From Podospora anserina (taxonomy: Eukaryota): a stretch of DNA of 64,000 bases. Both the position numbers and the translations under genes were made by a program. Positions within the stretch are counted from its first letter, which is position 1. Each line of letters begins with the position of its first letter. The stretch covers positions 3,286,001-3,350,000 of the forward strand of contig CM030335.1 in the NCBI GenBank assembly GCA_017654855.1. Direction: 5' to 3'. The notes beneath the pieces are model-generated. The model worked only from the letters and a program-made list of their open reading frames with translations. It was not told the DNA's origin and ran no database searches. Of this stretch, positions 1 to 12,464 are shown one piece after another.

Positions 1-865
1 AGACCTCTACAACCCTCTCAGGGTCGAAGCCTGGCGACATGCCTTTACCGGCAACGAAACCGTACCCCTTTTGGTTCGTACACACTCTCTTCCCATCTAC
101 CGAAAAATCACAGTTAAAATGCGTATGCCCAAACGCCCAGACCTTCACCCTGTCACTCCTCCAACACTTCTCACGGCTCAGGTCCGTCCTAAACGCACTC
201 GCCACTGCCTCCCATCCCTTCACACGCTCATGCTGAGCATCATTAGCCCTCCGATCCGTCGTTGGGCTGTGATGAGTGAAAATAACCACCTTCCTTTTCT
301 TCCCCTCCTTCGCGTCCTCCTTCTCAATTTTCTTCACCTCTTTATTAAGCCAGTCTTTATCTGCCTCGTGCGCTTTATTATGGTCCTTCACGGTCCACCC
401 TTTGATCCTATAAAAGTCATTCAACTTTCTCGTCACCTCGTCCTTGTACTTGGATGCCACATAAGAGTGGAGGGTACACCCCAGCACAGTCACAACCCCC
501 CCTTCCTCACCCTTGATATCATATCTCGTCCTATCAAGCGGGACAAAGTCTCCCAGCTTCTCCCCTTCTTTCCTCCTCTGCTCCACCAAAACCGACATCT
601 CCTCCAAAAACAAACTAACCTCCTCCCAAGAGGAGGAATATGGCTCGTGATTTCCCGCAACAAAAAACACAACTTTGAACTTGCCAAGTTGGATAAGAAG
701 GAATTTCCTCAAAGCATCGCGTTGGGTTATGAGGCCGATGTCGCCGAGTAGGGCGAGGTAAGGCGCGCGGGGTTCAACGTGGAAGGCAGAGTAGCCATGC
801 TCTGCGAATTGCTCGGCGGGTGAGACCTCCAGGTGCAAGTCGGACAGGATTTGGAATTTGGCCAT
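1..865 (-). CDS. Calcineurin-like metallophosphoesterase; its 3' end reaches the window edge and it is absent from the ORF track
   Basis: Manual minus-strand translation from ATG 865: MAKFQILSDLHLE...LLGDIG...VAGNHEPY...IFTHHSP...WAFGHTHFN...NQKGY. It contains the DxH, GD, GNHE, H and GHxH motifs. Confidence 0.9.
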   Translation of the reverse strand, partial: MAKFQILSDLHLEVSPAEQFAEHGYSAFHVEPRAPYLALLGDIGLITQRDALRKFLLIQLGKFKVVFFVAGNHEPYSSSWEEVSLFLEEMSVLVEQRRKEGEKLGDFVPLDRTRYDIKGEEGGVVTVLGCTLHSYVASKYKDEVTRKLNDFYRIKGWTVKDHNKAHEADKDWLNKEVKKIEKEDAKEGKKRKVVIFTHHSPTTDRRANDAQHERVKGWEAVASAFRTDLSREKCWRSDRVKVWAFGHTHFNCDFSVDGKRVCTNQKGYGFVAGKGMSPGFDPERVVEV

Positions 866-2326
866 GTTGATGTTGATGGGGGGTTGTTGGGCACTGGAGG
901 AGGATGATGAGAGCTGCAGTGGTTGGAAGACCTCTCTTGGCTGAAGCAGACTGCCCCACCCCACGTGGACGGGACGCCAAGAGCTGTGCTTGCACGGTAT
1001 GGCCTGTCTCCACAGCGACCTTGTCGCCGTGGAAAAGGAGGTCATGATGTTGGGTTGGTTTATGGGTTATTGCGACGTTAGTGGGGGTTGTTTTCGGCGG
1101 TGTATGAATGAGAGAGGAAAGAAAACAGAAACTCTTATGGTGGGTTCAAATTCTTTTGGGTTGCGAACAAATCGATCGATCCAATGTTGGTACCTACCTG
1201 ACAAGAGAGACTGTTGGCTCAACCATTACCCACTTCTCCATCAAACCGTGAAGTGCGTTACATGAAAGAGGAAAGAAGCATCTTCCATAAAACCCTGGAA
1301 TCTGAATTTTCATATCAAAATCGTTATACTTGCGCCACAGAAGCCCACGGTTAAGTTCCCCACCGTAACTTCCACAATACCTTACTTCTCGTTCGGTCCC
1401 AAACGCTCACTCATCAAACCCTTCTCATTATTTAGGCGAGTAAACACCTCGGACCCTCACAATGGCTCGGCACTCCTGCCTCTGCACTTTTGCATCCAGG
1501 GCTCTCAATGTGATCCTAATTTACATGCTTTTCTACCACCCAGAAGAAGCATGCCCGCCCTGCGAGCCAGAACCATGCCCAACCTACAGGTGTGAAGGAT
1601 CTACATGTCTTGTTGCAACAGCTGTGTATGTATCGTACCTGACTCAAGATTCATATCCCGGAGTCGGATTGAACCGACCACCTATTCGTCCGTGTGTCCT
1701 ATCGGAATGCCCACTAGCAGTTACCCACCTTTCTTCAGTACGCCCCTGTCACAATTGTTGTTGAAAATCGATCTAAACCTTGTATTGACTCTGGTAGGGC
1801 TTTATGGAACAAGCATGGTACTCTTTAATGGTAATCGCATCTTCCTTCGTGTTGGAGCGGGTGGTGAAAGTCTGTCGACAGTACGGGGCATGGAAGGCGA
1901 AGATGCAAAGGAGGACGTGAGACATTAATCAAGGCACATGAATGTCATGCAAGCAGACCATTTCTAGGGTATTTACCTTATCAAATGACTTAAGGTACCA
2001 GTGAACTCCTATTTTCCGAATCTGCCTGGTGAGGATGGCCGTCTTCGTGCCTGCATCGAATCAGACAATGGCGCTGTCTCAGAAAATGATGTAATGCACC
2101 ACCCAAATTGATCGCTACAGCTCCCAAGCTAACGGGAGATCGGAGTGACGCACAGCTTTGTCAGAGACATGTGCATCAAAGATCAAAGATCACTATTTAT
2201 CACATAAAAATCCCACTCCTCCTATGTGTCGGTCGACGGGGTCTAGCAATCACCATATCTCAACAGCTTCCTTCAATTTGTCTTCAACCAACAACATTGG
2301 AACCAATAATCATCTCTACACAAATC

Positions 2327-2642
2327 ATGCCAAGCAGCAAAGGAAAACCCACAGACCCACAGCTTCGAGAGGAACTCAAGGAGGGTGGGTACTGGTCCAA
2401 TCAATGCACCAACACTCTTAAAGAAGAAATGCTGACCATTATGCACAGAAATCAAGCAAGAACCCAATAAATCCGGCGATGGAAAGGGACAGTGGGCAGC
2501 ATGGAAAGGGATGAAACTGGCTAAAGAGTACGAAAAGGCAGGCGGTGGGTATGAAAATGAGCCTGGCTCCAAAAATGAGCCCAAGTCTGGGACGCCAGTT
2601 GCGAAAAGTGAGAAGAAGAAGAACGAAGAGATGGAAGAGTAA
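2327..2642 (+). CDS. Small conserved fungal hypothetical protein (~83 aa; PTDPxLRE..GKGQWAAWK..LAKEYEKAGGGY; DUF5872-like)
   Basis: ATG 2327; intron 2385-2448 (GTGGGT..GCTGAC..CAG) joins the exons in frame; TAA at 2640-2642. Family label is from memory. Confidence 0.75.
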
Positions 2643-4515
2643 TGTGTGTCTGGAGAGATATTAATTTTTCCTGCTGGCAAGGCCGGTGGTGATTGACGCA
2701 ATCGGGGTCATCAGTTGTTAAGGGATAGGTGTTTACGCCATCTGCTCGTGTTCTTTTAGCACACTCGGACGACCATGTTCTAGTTACGGCTTCATTCAGC
2801 CACATAAAAGGTTACCACAACCATGTGAACCATTCATGCTCAAAAATGCTCCTGCCTTGTTACACTGTCCAACCCAATGTGGCGCCAGTAGCAGTTGAAC
2901 CCTCTCGGGCCCGAATCTGACACGGCTGCACACTTTGTCTTTGACAGCTGTTTTCAAGCCACCATCAAAGTATATAATCAACAATTTCCTTCCACCATCA
3001 ATTTTCTTCCACCATCAATTTCTCTTCTCGAAAAAACAGAACCGGCTCTCTACATGAAACAAATAGTCACGGCACAGACAGTAATGTCTTCTGAGTCTGC
3101 TGCCACCTAAACCCATCAGTTCCTTCTAGTATCTAGGTGTGCATCTCCAACACCGCATTTCAGATACAAGAACCCCCCATTCCCATTCCCAACTCCAAAG
3201 TCCAATCTTCCCATGCATCTCAAACCCCAATGTCCCTCCGTCACCTCCTCACGCGCCTGATCAACCATCTCCCTCCCAACCACCGCCGTGCAAAGTGTGT
3301 TGTGAATTGGTGAGAGGGCAGGGCGGGGGATTGGATACGGTGCAAGGAAATGGGTGCGGTGCAAGGAAATGGGTACGGAGAGGGAAGGGCAAACGCGTGA
3401 TGAAAGGGAAGGGGAAATGTAGTTCCTTCGACAACATGGCGCCTGGCATGGAAAGTTCAGGTCCAAAACTATACTAACGGAACGCCACCACGAAGTGGTG
3501 ACCGCTTTGATCTAGGATTTACGGCTCTATGGACCTTCTCTCACGCACAACGGCATTGTGGGTGTGACCACCGCACTCGGTGACGCAATAAGAAAATGAT
3601 GAAAACATGGCAGCTGAAGGAGGGCTTTTAACCCCCCGCTGCGTCTGAGTCCATCTGCCGACCGTCACGACTTTCGAGAAGGGCTTTTAACCCCCTAAGT
3701 CTGAAAGCTGGCTCTCAGTCTGAAGAAGAAGAAGAGAAGAGAGTGATAAATGGAGAGATCGGCCTGGATTTATCCACAAGATTTCTTGGGCCATGGGTGG
3801 GAGACGAGTTCGGTCCCAATCTTGTCTGATGAACCGTGTCCGAGGGTGGATGGGAATGGGAAGGGACGAGGTGGCAAGTGGCCTCATTGTGAACGTTCCT
3901 TCAAATTGAATGGGACAAAGTTGTCCGTCAGTTGGTGTTTATGAAAGGAGCCCATATTGCCAAGTGGTATCGGGGTATGAACGATGATCAGAGTCTACAA
4001 GGCCAGAGATTGGCTGGATGGATCGGCATGTGTCACTGTTTATGCATCTGTTTGGAGCTTCATTTGAAGTCTGGTCATTCTCTGTACACGGCAGCTACAT
4101 ATCATAATATCAAGACACTGTATAGATGCGGCTCCGAATATCTACCTGCAGACAGTCGTCATATTGAGAGTGGACCAGTGCTGTCTGCGATGTCTCGAGA
4201 GTCACTCTATACCTCAAGGTGCCATATGCTGTTATGGATGTGATGAATGTATAGACATAATGGTACTTTTGATTACAACTAAGCTTCTTCTGATATTTCA
4301 GCTTTGAGTTGGCACCTTCATTGTTCGGTAATCCCTGGACCGTCGGATTCCAGAGAGCCCAAGCATGAATTTCCAGCCGACAAACTTAAATCTCAGTCTC
4401 ACTCATACTACGTTTCATAGGTATTCAAGTGTCTTGTTTCTTCAGAATTGGTGTGCATGTTAAGAGGCCCCATAATCTAGACAAATTCCTCCACCTCAAG
4501 ATAGCTTACTACATC

Positions 4516-4595
4516 TGAGCTATGAGCTATGAGCTATGAGCTATGAGCTATGAGCTATGAGCTATGAGTTATGAGCTGTGAGTTGTGAGCTCTGG
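4516..4595. repeat. Heptamer tandem repeat (TGAGCTA)n, about 7 perfect copies plus several decaying copies
   Basis: Directly visible: tgagctatgagctat...gagttatgagctgtgagttgtgagc. Confidence 0.95.
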
Positions 4596-5386
4596 TTGTG
4601 GAGTGGTCGCGGCAGTTGAGACCCGCTTCCGAGCAACGTCCCGCCATTCCAAGTCGACGCCAAGGTGCCAGATGGCCTGTGCGCCGAGGCTTGGCGGGGC
4701 GGATGAGATAAGCGTGCATGGATGCAAGCCACCGTGGTACCCTTGGACCAAGCTTCCGTCCTGTTGGAGAGACAAGCCCGGCGCCTTCACCTAGCGACAA
4801 GAGTGCCGTCCTGTTGACAATGCGCAAGGGCAACCGACAGACAGCCTGACCTCACCAACCTCGACCGAGACACATGGAAGCGCGCCTTGCACTTTCGAAT
4901 TTGCCCGGCAGATAGGGGGGGAAATCTAAAGCTCGGGGTCCAAGAAGGTACGCATCTCCAACCTATTCCTGCTGTCCCGCACGGCGAAAGCGGTTGCGTC
5001 AGGTTGCGCTGCCTGGGGGTTCTGGGGAAGGTTCACTCACTCACCTCCAGCTCTTTTGCTTTGCTCTGCTTTGCTTTGCTCTCTGCTAAGCCCCCCAATC
5101 TCGAAATCAACACAACAGCTGGCTGGCTTCTTTAGTCAATGGCATCTGGTATTTAGCTAATAATAATACTTTACGTCTTTTCAGATTACCGTCTTCTCCA
5201 CGGCCCCGAAACACGACGACTCCCGTCCCGAGACCGGCCATTTGCTCTGTGTCGCCGCCACACATCGTCGCGTTTGACAAAGCTTCGCTGTCCACCTTTT
5301 TCTCTTGAGGCTGGGACAGTTGACCCCGAGTACGTCGAATCGTCCAGTCTGCTTGCCCGCCAAATCAAGACCCAAGTCCAGCTGCA

Positions 5387-8300
5387 ATGGACGACTCGTT
5401 GGGGCCACCCCCTGGTGCTTCCTCAGCTTTCCCTGCCTCTGGCGGGGGAGCAGGAGCAGCCTCTCTCGGTTTCGCCGCATTCGACACCATATCGCGTGCG
5501 ACATCCCCTGGAGTACCTTGTGCCGACGGCCAGGAAGATGACAAGAAAAGATACCGGCCCCGCACCTTCCAATATTTCCGGCTGCTGCCGTTCGATGTTG
5601 AGGACGACGCACACAGAGATGATGCGCTTCAGGGTATCTTGAAGAACCTCTACATCTCCATCATGGCCGAGGACTTCTCCCCCGGCGCGCTGCACTGGAC
5701 TCGCGAGCTGCAAGGGTGGCTGAATCTCAAATTCGAGATGACAAGGGAGCTTCGTGCCAAGCTTACACATCTGTATTATCACCTGGCCCTCGCCCCAGGC
5801 CTTGACAGTAATACCGCCGACAGATTTGCGAGAATGGTAGTCACGTTAACTAGGTACGTTCTATCCTCTTGTCACGATGCGGGGACCAAAGCTAATACGG
5901 CCGTGATGGTAGGAAAAAACATTACTTGAAGGCTGGTCAAGATTTGACTCTGGATTGGCGGCCGCTTTGGAAAGAGCTCAAGGCTATGGTCCTCCCTTCT
6001 GAAGTTCCACACCATCAGGGACAACGCAGACGGTCTCACAAACACATCCTGAAACTCTGCCTCCACGTCAACTCGTATTTCGACCCCAAGGAGCGCGGTG
6101 CCATATTGGAAGAGTTGCTGCCTTTCTTCAGTACATCGGCCATGAGCAATGCCTACATTGTTGTTGGAGCCCTCAACATTCTTGTTCCCACCGGGCCAGC
6201 ACCGCCGACGGACCGGAACTCGCAGCCATCGGACTACGCGCCAACCTTTTTCCACCTCTGGCAGCTTATGACGCGGTCCAAGGCGTTTGACGTGTGCTTC
6301 ATCGACATCTTCTCCCGCATGGCGAGAGACTATTTGGGCTGTCGGCATGTTCCATTTACAGAGCACGGCATCTTCACCCGCGAGCAATCAGATGCCATTT
6401 TCACGGCTATTTTGAGGTTAACAGAAATCCCCGTGGGTCAGGCTAATAGTCCATACTCATCACTGGACTACGCCTCAGGTCTCGGCGTGTATCTGGAAAA
6501 AGACAAAAAGAAATACCCTGTGCCATACATGATTGCGAGATGGATCACCCACTCGCTGTCACCCACGTGCCTCAACCAGGAACCATCCATCTTGACCAAC
6601 CTGGAAGGCTTGATGGAGTCCATCGACACTTTCTTCCACCCCTCCAATCAGGGATCGTGGACTAGTTTCCTCGCGCAGCTTACGTTTTTTCTTACCGACA
6701 TATTTGTCTCTCGTTGGAACCGTGAGCAGAGTGGGGAGTTGGACATTCCGGAGGATCGGCGCATCAACGATGCTCTCAAGAAGCGGTTTGTTCTTGCTTT
6801 GAAGGAGGTCACCTTTATGGGTCTTTTCGGTAAGAGCTCCAAGGTGGTGAATTACTACTATTCGACTCTTCAAGGACTGGCATACCTGGAGCCTGACTTG
6901 ATCTTGCCAGGCGCGCTACAACGCTTCTACCCGAGCTTGCAGGGCCTGGTGGAAGTGCACCGAACTACATCGAGTTTGTGTGGCCTTCAGATGATTGCCA
7001 ACATCATGTCCAAGCACAAAGGTTATCGCTGTCACCTCACGGCTTTGTTGGCACTCGCTCTGCCTGGTATTGATGCCAACGACCTCGGGAAGACACAATA
7101 CACACTGAACTTCATTCAGAGTGTCGCCTACAGCATACCATTTGTTCCGTTGGTGAAGGAGGGAGGTATCCGTGACACCAACCTCGCCCAGAGTTGGGTG
7201 CAAGGCCAGATGGAAAGAATGGAGGCCGAGGGACAAGACGTCAAGATCAACTACAACGAGGAGTTGAGTGATGAGGATGAGGCTGAAATTCTGCGCTCTT
7301 CTACGGCGGGGTTGGGCGAGTTTGTGTTGGCACTTTTGGGCAAGGTCTTTGCACTGCTCGAGAATCTACCGGACTCGAGCCACCTACGCACCGGGTCACC
7401 TGAGGACAATGTGATCAACACGCTACCTGCCGCTCTGACGCCCCTTTTCGCCTCTTTGTCGCCCGAGCTATTCGACATGGCTCTGGAGAAACTCGCCAAC
7501 TTCGTGTCCAGCCATGTTGTTCACCAAGCGCGGGATGCCATGGCCTGGATTTGCAATGCGCTCTGCAAGGTCAGCCCCGAAAAGACTTTGAAGGTATTCA
7601 TCCCAATGTTGATCGTCAACATTCGCAACGAGATTGACTACAACGGCGCTGCTTCTGACCGGAGTAGCGGGACTGAGGTCCTCCCCCGCGACCGGGCTCT
7701 CGTCTGGCATGTCAGCATGCTTTCAATGTGTGTTGTGCATGTCGGCGGCGAGGTGCTGATGTACAAGGACGATCTCTTTGGCATTGCAGAGTACATGCAG
7801 GAAAAGTGCCGTGGGCTCCCCACGATACACATTTCCAACTACATTCATCATCTGTTGCTCAACCTGACCCACACCTACCCCATCGACAATGCGCTTTATG
7901 AACCTGATCGTGTTGCCCGCGGCTTGGATGTCGAAGATTGGGGCAGGCCAACCAAACCCTCGGAGCTTACCATCAGGTGGCATCGGCCTTCTCACGATGA
8001 GATCTTGTTCGCCGTCGAGTTGTTCGAGAGTCAAACACGAAGCGCGGCGCAACGGCTCGAGCAGCTCATGAGCGATGACCCCCCTGTCAGCAGAAAGGGA
8101 AAGAACAAGGAATGGTCCGACGAGCTATCCCGAAGCCTGACTGCTCTTAGGCTGATCATATCAGGCGTCTCGACCCTGTTTGATCCACAAAGGGCCTCTG
8201 GCGAGATCAGCACCCAGTCTAACGGCAATGGGACCGCAGAGGCTGATGGGGACGCCATGATGGAGGAAGATGACGATCCCCTTGCCGAGGTTGCGGACGA

Positions 8301-11300
8301 CGAGGAGCTCAAGAGGCAGTTCCATTATCCCGCTGGGTACATTTTGAAGCCCGAGGATCCCATCTACAACCGCATCCACGAACTACGCGAAGATGTTGGG
8401 AGGCTGCTCTCCCGGACACACTATTTTCTGAACGCCAACCAGCAGGATGATGTTGCATGCTTCACGTCCCTCTACGCAACCTATAGAACATGGATCACCG
8501 ACGTTGGGATCGAAAGATCAGCACATCCGCTGGAGCGGCTCGTGCGCTTGTACAAGGCCGACATCTCACCTTTCAAGATCAGCGGTCTGCGCAAAGTGTA
8601 TCCTCGACCGCTCCTTATCAAGCGTGCGGATGCCTATCAGTTGCAGCGTGTCAAGTACAACTCGGCCTACCGCAAGAAGAGCGAGCTTGACAAGCAACTG
8701 CTGCTTGATCTTGCCGAGTCTTGCACATCGTCGTATGCGGATGTTCGAAGAGTGGCCCAAGGTGCCCAGGACTCGTCCCTCAAAGTCTTGATTGGCGGTC
8801 GACCCTTGGTCATTCCCGTCATCATGGCGCGACTTCGCAAGGCCCTTGACGAAAACGATCACGACCGGATCAAGGGTGCCATGTACACACTCTTGTTTAC
8901 CACGCTTCTCAAGACACTGATGCGGGACTGGAGGTTTGCCCCGGATCTCATGCGCATGTACATCGAAACAGCTGCCGTCGACAAGACCTCTATTCAGAAC
9001 CTGGGGTCCACTGCACTCTACCCTCTGCTTGACTTTGGTAAGCCGTTTGAGCGTTTGATCATATTCGACCGCGAGGTTGTGCAGACCATTCGGCCACAGG
9101 AAGATTGTTCAGCAGTCATCAAGCGACGCCACGACTTCATCACAGAGCGTCGCACCAAGGTGGAAGGGAAGAAGGAAGCCCTGGGATTGGAGCTCACGGA
9201 AAAGGCCAAGACCACTCACTGGAAGATTGCGAGCCGGTGTGCCATCTTTGCGCTCAACTGCTGCCTCCGCTTCGAGACGCTGGCCAACCGGGAGCTGATC
9301 GAGCTTGTCGCCAATGGTACCAACGACCCTCATCCAGGGTTGCGCTCCAACTACCTGTCAGCCTTCTCGGCCATCTTTACCGCCATCGATATCCGAGCAG
9401 TTTACAGCCACGAGTATCGCAACTATTTGATCGAGGAGGAGCACGAGGAAAACAGATATCAGATCCCCGTGCCGACAGATGACCCCAACCTGACAGACAA
9501 CTTTCTCTCCCAATTTGAGAAGTTTGATGGCACCGATTACTTTGTCGACTGTGACTATCCTGGTTGGCTGGTTTGGGGAAAGCAGTTCCCTGTGTCGCGT
9601 GCCAACCCCAAGCCGTTCTTGGCCTATGATGAGGTGGAAGACCGTGTGCGCGTTCAGATCGGTCAGATCATCACCAGGGACTGGTTCAAGAAGTGCTTCG
9701 AGTATCTCAAGCAAGAGCCCAGGGATGCTGGTGTGGATCGGTTCAGGATGCAAAATCTGCTACTGCTCATGAATGTGTTTGACCTGATGCACTACGGCAA
9801 GACGGCAGCGACATTCGATGACATTGTGGAGCTGGTGAAGGACGTGTATGGTGATGGCACCGATAAGCACCAACACCGCGCTACGGCTGAAATTCTCGGG
9901 GCGTTGCTGTCAGGCAGCGCTGATGATCCTCGTGAATTTAGGGACCGGGTTTGGAACTTTGCCGCCCCCCTCATGCTCAAGATCATCGCTGATGACTTGA
10001 CGCCCGATAACCTCCAGTACTGGATGACCTGTCTTCACATAATTATTGACGGCAAGGATCCACGACGATGCAGGGAGCTGACAGAAGCGCTGTCTTCCTT
10101 CCGACTCGACAAGAACTCCAATGCAGCCTTCAAGGAGTCGAGCAAGGTTCAGCTTGTCGAGTTCATCATCAATGATGCTGGCTGGCACTTCAGGCATGAG
10201 AAGCCCATCTTGGAGGACTTTTTGGCACACATTGACCACCCGTACAAGTCTGTGCGAGAGTCCATTGGCCGTGTCATCGCGACCATCTACCGCACACGGT
10301 ATCACGAGTCGTTCAAGAATGTCACCGAGCTTCTCGAGAAGAACAAGGCTGCGTCCTCGATCGGTCTCCGGGCGTACCAACCTACCGAGGAATTCTCGGC
10401 CACCATCAAGGACGTCTTTGCTCGCCTGGAGAAATGGCGCCACGAGCGGACGGCCGGTCAGCAAACCCCCTCCAGCTACACTTCGGGCTCCAAGACGGTT
10501 CTCATTTGGCTTGACAGCATGCTTTCGTCCCAAGAGTGCATCCAACTCGTCCCATTCTTTCCCGACCCGTTCATTGACCAGCTGCTGCACATGATGGATG
10601 TCAAGGAAGATCCTGAGCTGATGAAGCTCGCTTACCACGTCTATCGCCACCTGCCCAACATCCCTTTCCGATCGGGTGAGGACGACGCGTTCATCGCTGC
10701 GCTCATCAGAGTCGGCAAGACGGCCGTCTCCTGGCATCAACGTTTACGAGCCTTGGTCAACATGCAAGTCGTCTACTTCCGCCGACTCTTTCTCACGCAG
10801 CCCGCCCAACGCCAAATGCTCTTTGACGCAGTGGGGGACATGCTCTCTGACCCCCAGCTCGAAGTCCGGGATTGTGCTTCGGCCACCTTGGCGGGCATGA
10901 TTCGCTGCTCGCCCGACCCGATCCGCAGCCCGATTATTATCCAGCTCAAGGATCGGTTCGAGCTAGAGCTCCAGCTGAATCCCATGCCGAAGAAGAAGAC
11001 CAAGGTGCCTGGGACGGACACACCGGTGGACACGCAGAAACAGATTGTCAGGAGACATGCGGCCGTGCTTGGGTTGGGGGCGCTGGTTGAGGCTTTCCCT
11101 TACGCAACGCCGGTGCCCAGGTGGATGCCCGAGGTGTTGGCTCACTTGGCGACAAGGGCGGCCAACGACCCGGGAGTTGTGGGCAAGGCGACCAAGGCGA
11201 TCTTGGCGGAGTTCAAGAAGACGAGGCAGGATAGTTGGAGTGTGGACCAGAAGGTGAGCTTATTTTCTTTTCAGTGTTGTTTTGCGTGTGAGAGAAGGAT

Positions 11301-11387
11301 AGCATGGCTGATGGTTGGAAACAGTACTTCACTCCCGAGCAACTCGAGGATTTGGAGGGGGTGTTGTGGAAGAGTTATTTTGCTTAG
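5387..11387 (+). CDS. BLM10: Proteasome activator Blm10/PA200
   Basis: ~1950 aa HEAT-like protein with TFFHPSNQGSW, ALPGIDANDL and RHAAVLGLGALVEAFPY. Introns 5854-5912 and 11254-11324 give the C-terminus ...LWKSYFA* (HbYX-like motif). Confidence 0.95.
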
Positions 11388-11917
11388 AGACAAGACAAAA
11401 TAGCGAAGGGCAAGAAAACCCGAACCATGGCTAAGCTGTGAAATAGTACCGAATGAAGTTGGGTGCATTGCTTGTGAGTTTTTGAGATGTAGGTACTGCT
11501 TAGATGAGATATTTGGGAATTGTGAGAGATGGGTTTGGTTGTCAGCGATGTAGTGGTTAGAGTTGATTTGGAAGTTTAGAGGAGATGGTATGGATTACAG
11601 GGGAGGGATCAGCTGTGCATCAGATGTGGTACTAGCGAAAATGGAAGACAGATCTTATTATGAGGTGTACCACGAAGAATAGGGTATCTGGTTGTTGTGC
11701 GGTGTGTTCTTGTTGGAAATGTGGCAGAAAAGTGAAGATGCTTGGTGTGATGTTGTTAGGTTATCTAAGGAAAGGAAGCCTAGACGGCGATCGGTTCTAC
11801 TTCGTGGTTATTTGTAAAGGGGGTGGTATGTATGATGATGGGGATTGTGATGATGGAGCTAGAGGCGAAATCAGGGGGTATAAAAAAAAGAGAGGCAACC
11901 AAAAATCATCAAAAGAA

Positions 11918-11990
11918 TGATCGACCCAGGGATCGAACCTGGCACCTTTTGTGTGTGAGACAAACGTGATAACCACTACACCAGCCGACC
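11918..11990 (-). tRNA. tRNA-Val (CAC)
   Basis: GGTCGGCTGGTGTAGTGGTTATCACGTTTGTCT-CAC-ACACAAAAGGTGCCAGGTTCGATCCCTGGGTCGATCA folds as a cloverleaf, with a GTTCGA T-loop and a downstream T-run. Confidence 0.95.
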
Positions 11991-12464
11991 TTTCATGCTG
12001 TTTGGGGGCGAAAGTTAGGTTCATAGTGGAGATGCTGGGTGGGTTACATTACCTAGGTACACAGCTGAAGGCAAACTCGGGTCAAATTGGATCAAAAATC
12101 TAGCTTAGACAAGTAGTGGGACTAGAACAGTATTCTACAGGTACCACATCTGCATGAGTCTCAGTCATGATTATGTTGGGGCAACTCATGCATTGCTGTG
12201 CAATAATAAACTATTTCTAAGCTATCAAGTTCATCCGTACATATAAAGCTTGTTAGGTCGCTGATAACTGCATATCGGTTCTCTTAGACGATCGGTGATC
12301 TCGCTACGGGTTACTCTTATTATATAAACAAATATGGACTCAATTTTCCCCAATATCTCACCGCTCTAAATCAAGCATGCCCGAATCAGAGTTTCTTTTT
12401 TTTTTTTTCTCTACACCGAACAGTCCTCAAAAAGGGCAATTCACACTCAAAACTCCAAGATTGA

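Noticed and set aside
71-751. 226-aa plus-strand ORF
   Set aside because: Antisense shadow of the metallophosphoesterase gene.
1462-1928. Overlapping Cys-rich short ORFs
   Set aside because: No recognisable motif and no convincing spliced model.
3116-3944. Cluster of short ORFs on both strands
   Set aside because: Could not assemble a coherent gene; may be a degenerate relic, but unsupported.
5872-11257. Numerous alternative-frame and antisense ORFs inside BLM10 (likewise inside MON2 and the kinases)
   Set aside because: By-products of GC-rich codon usage in long real genes.
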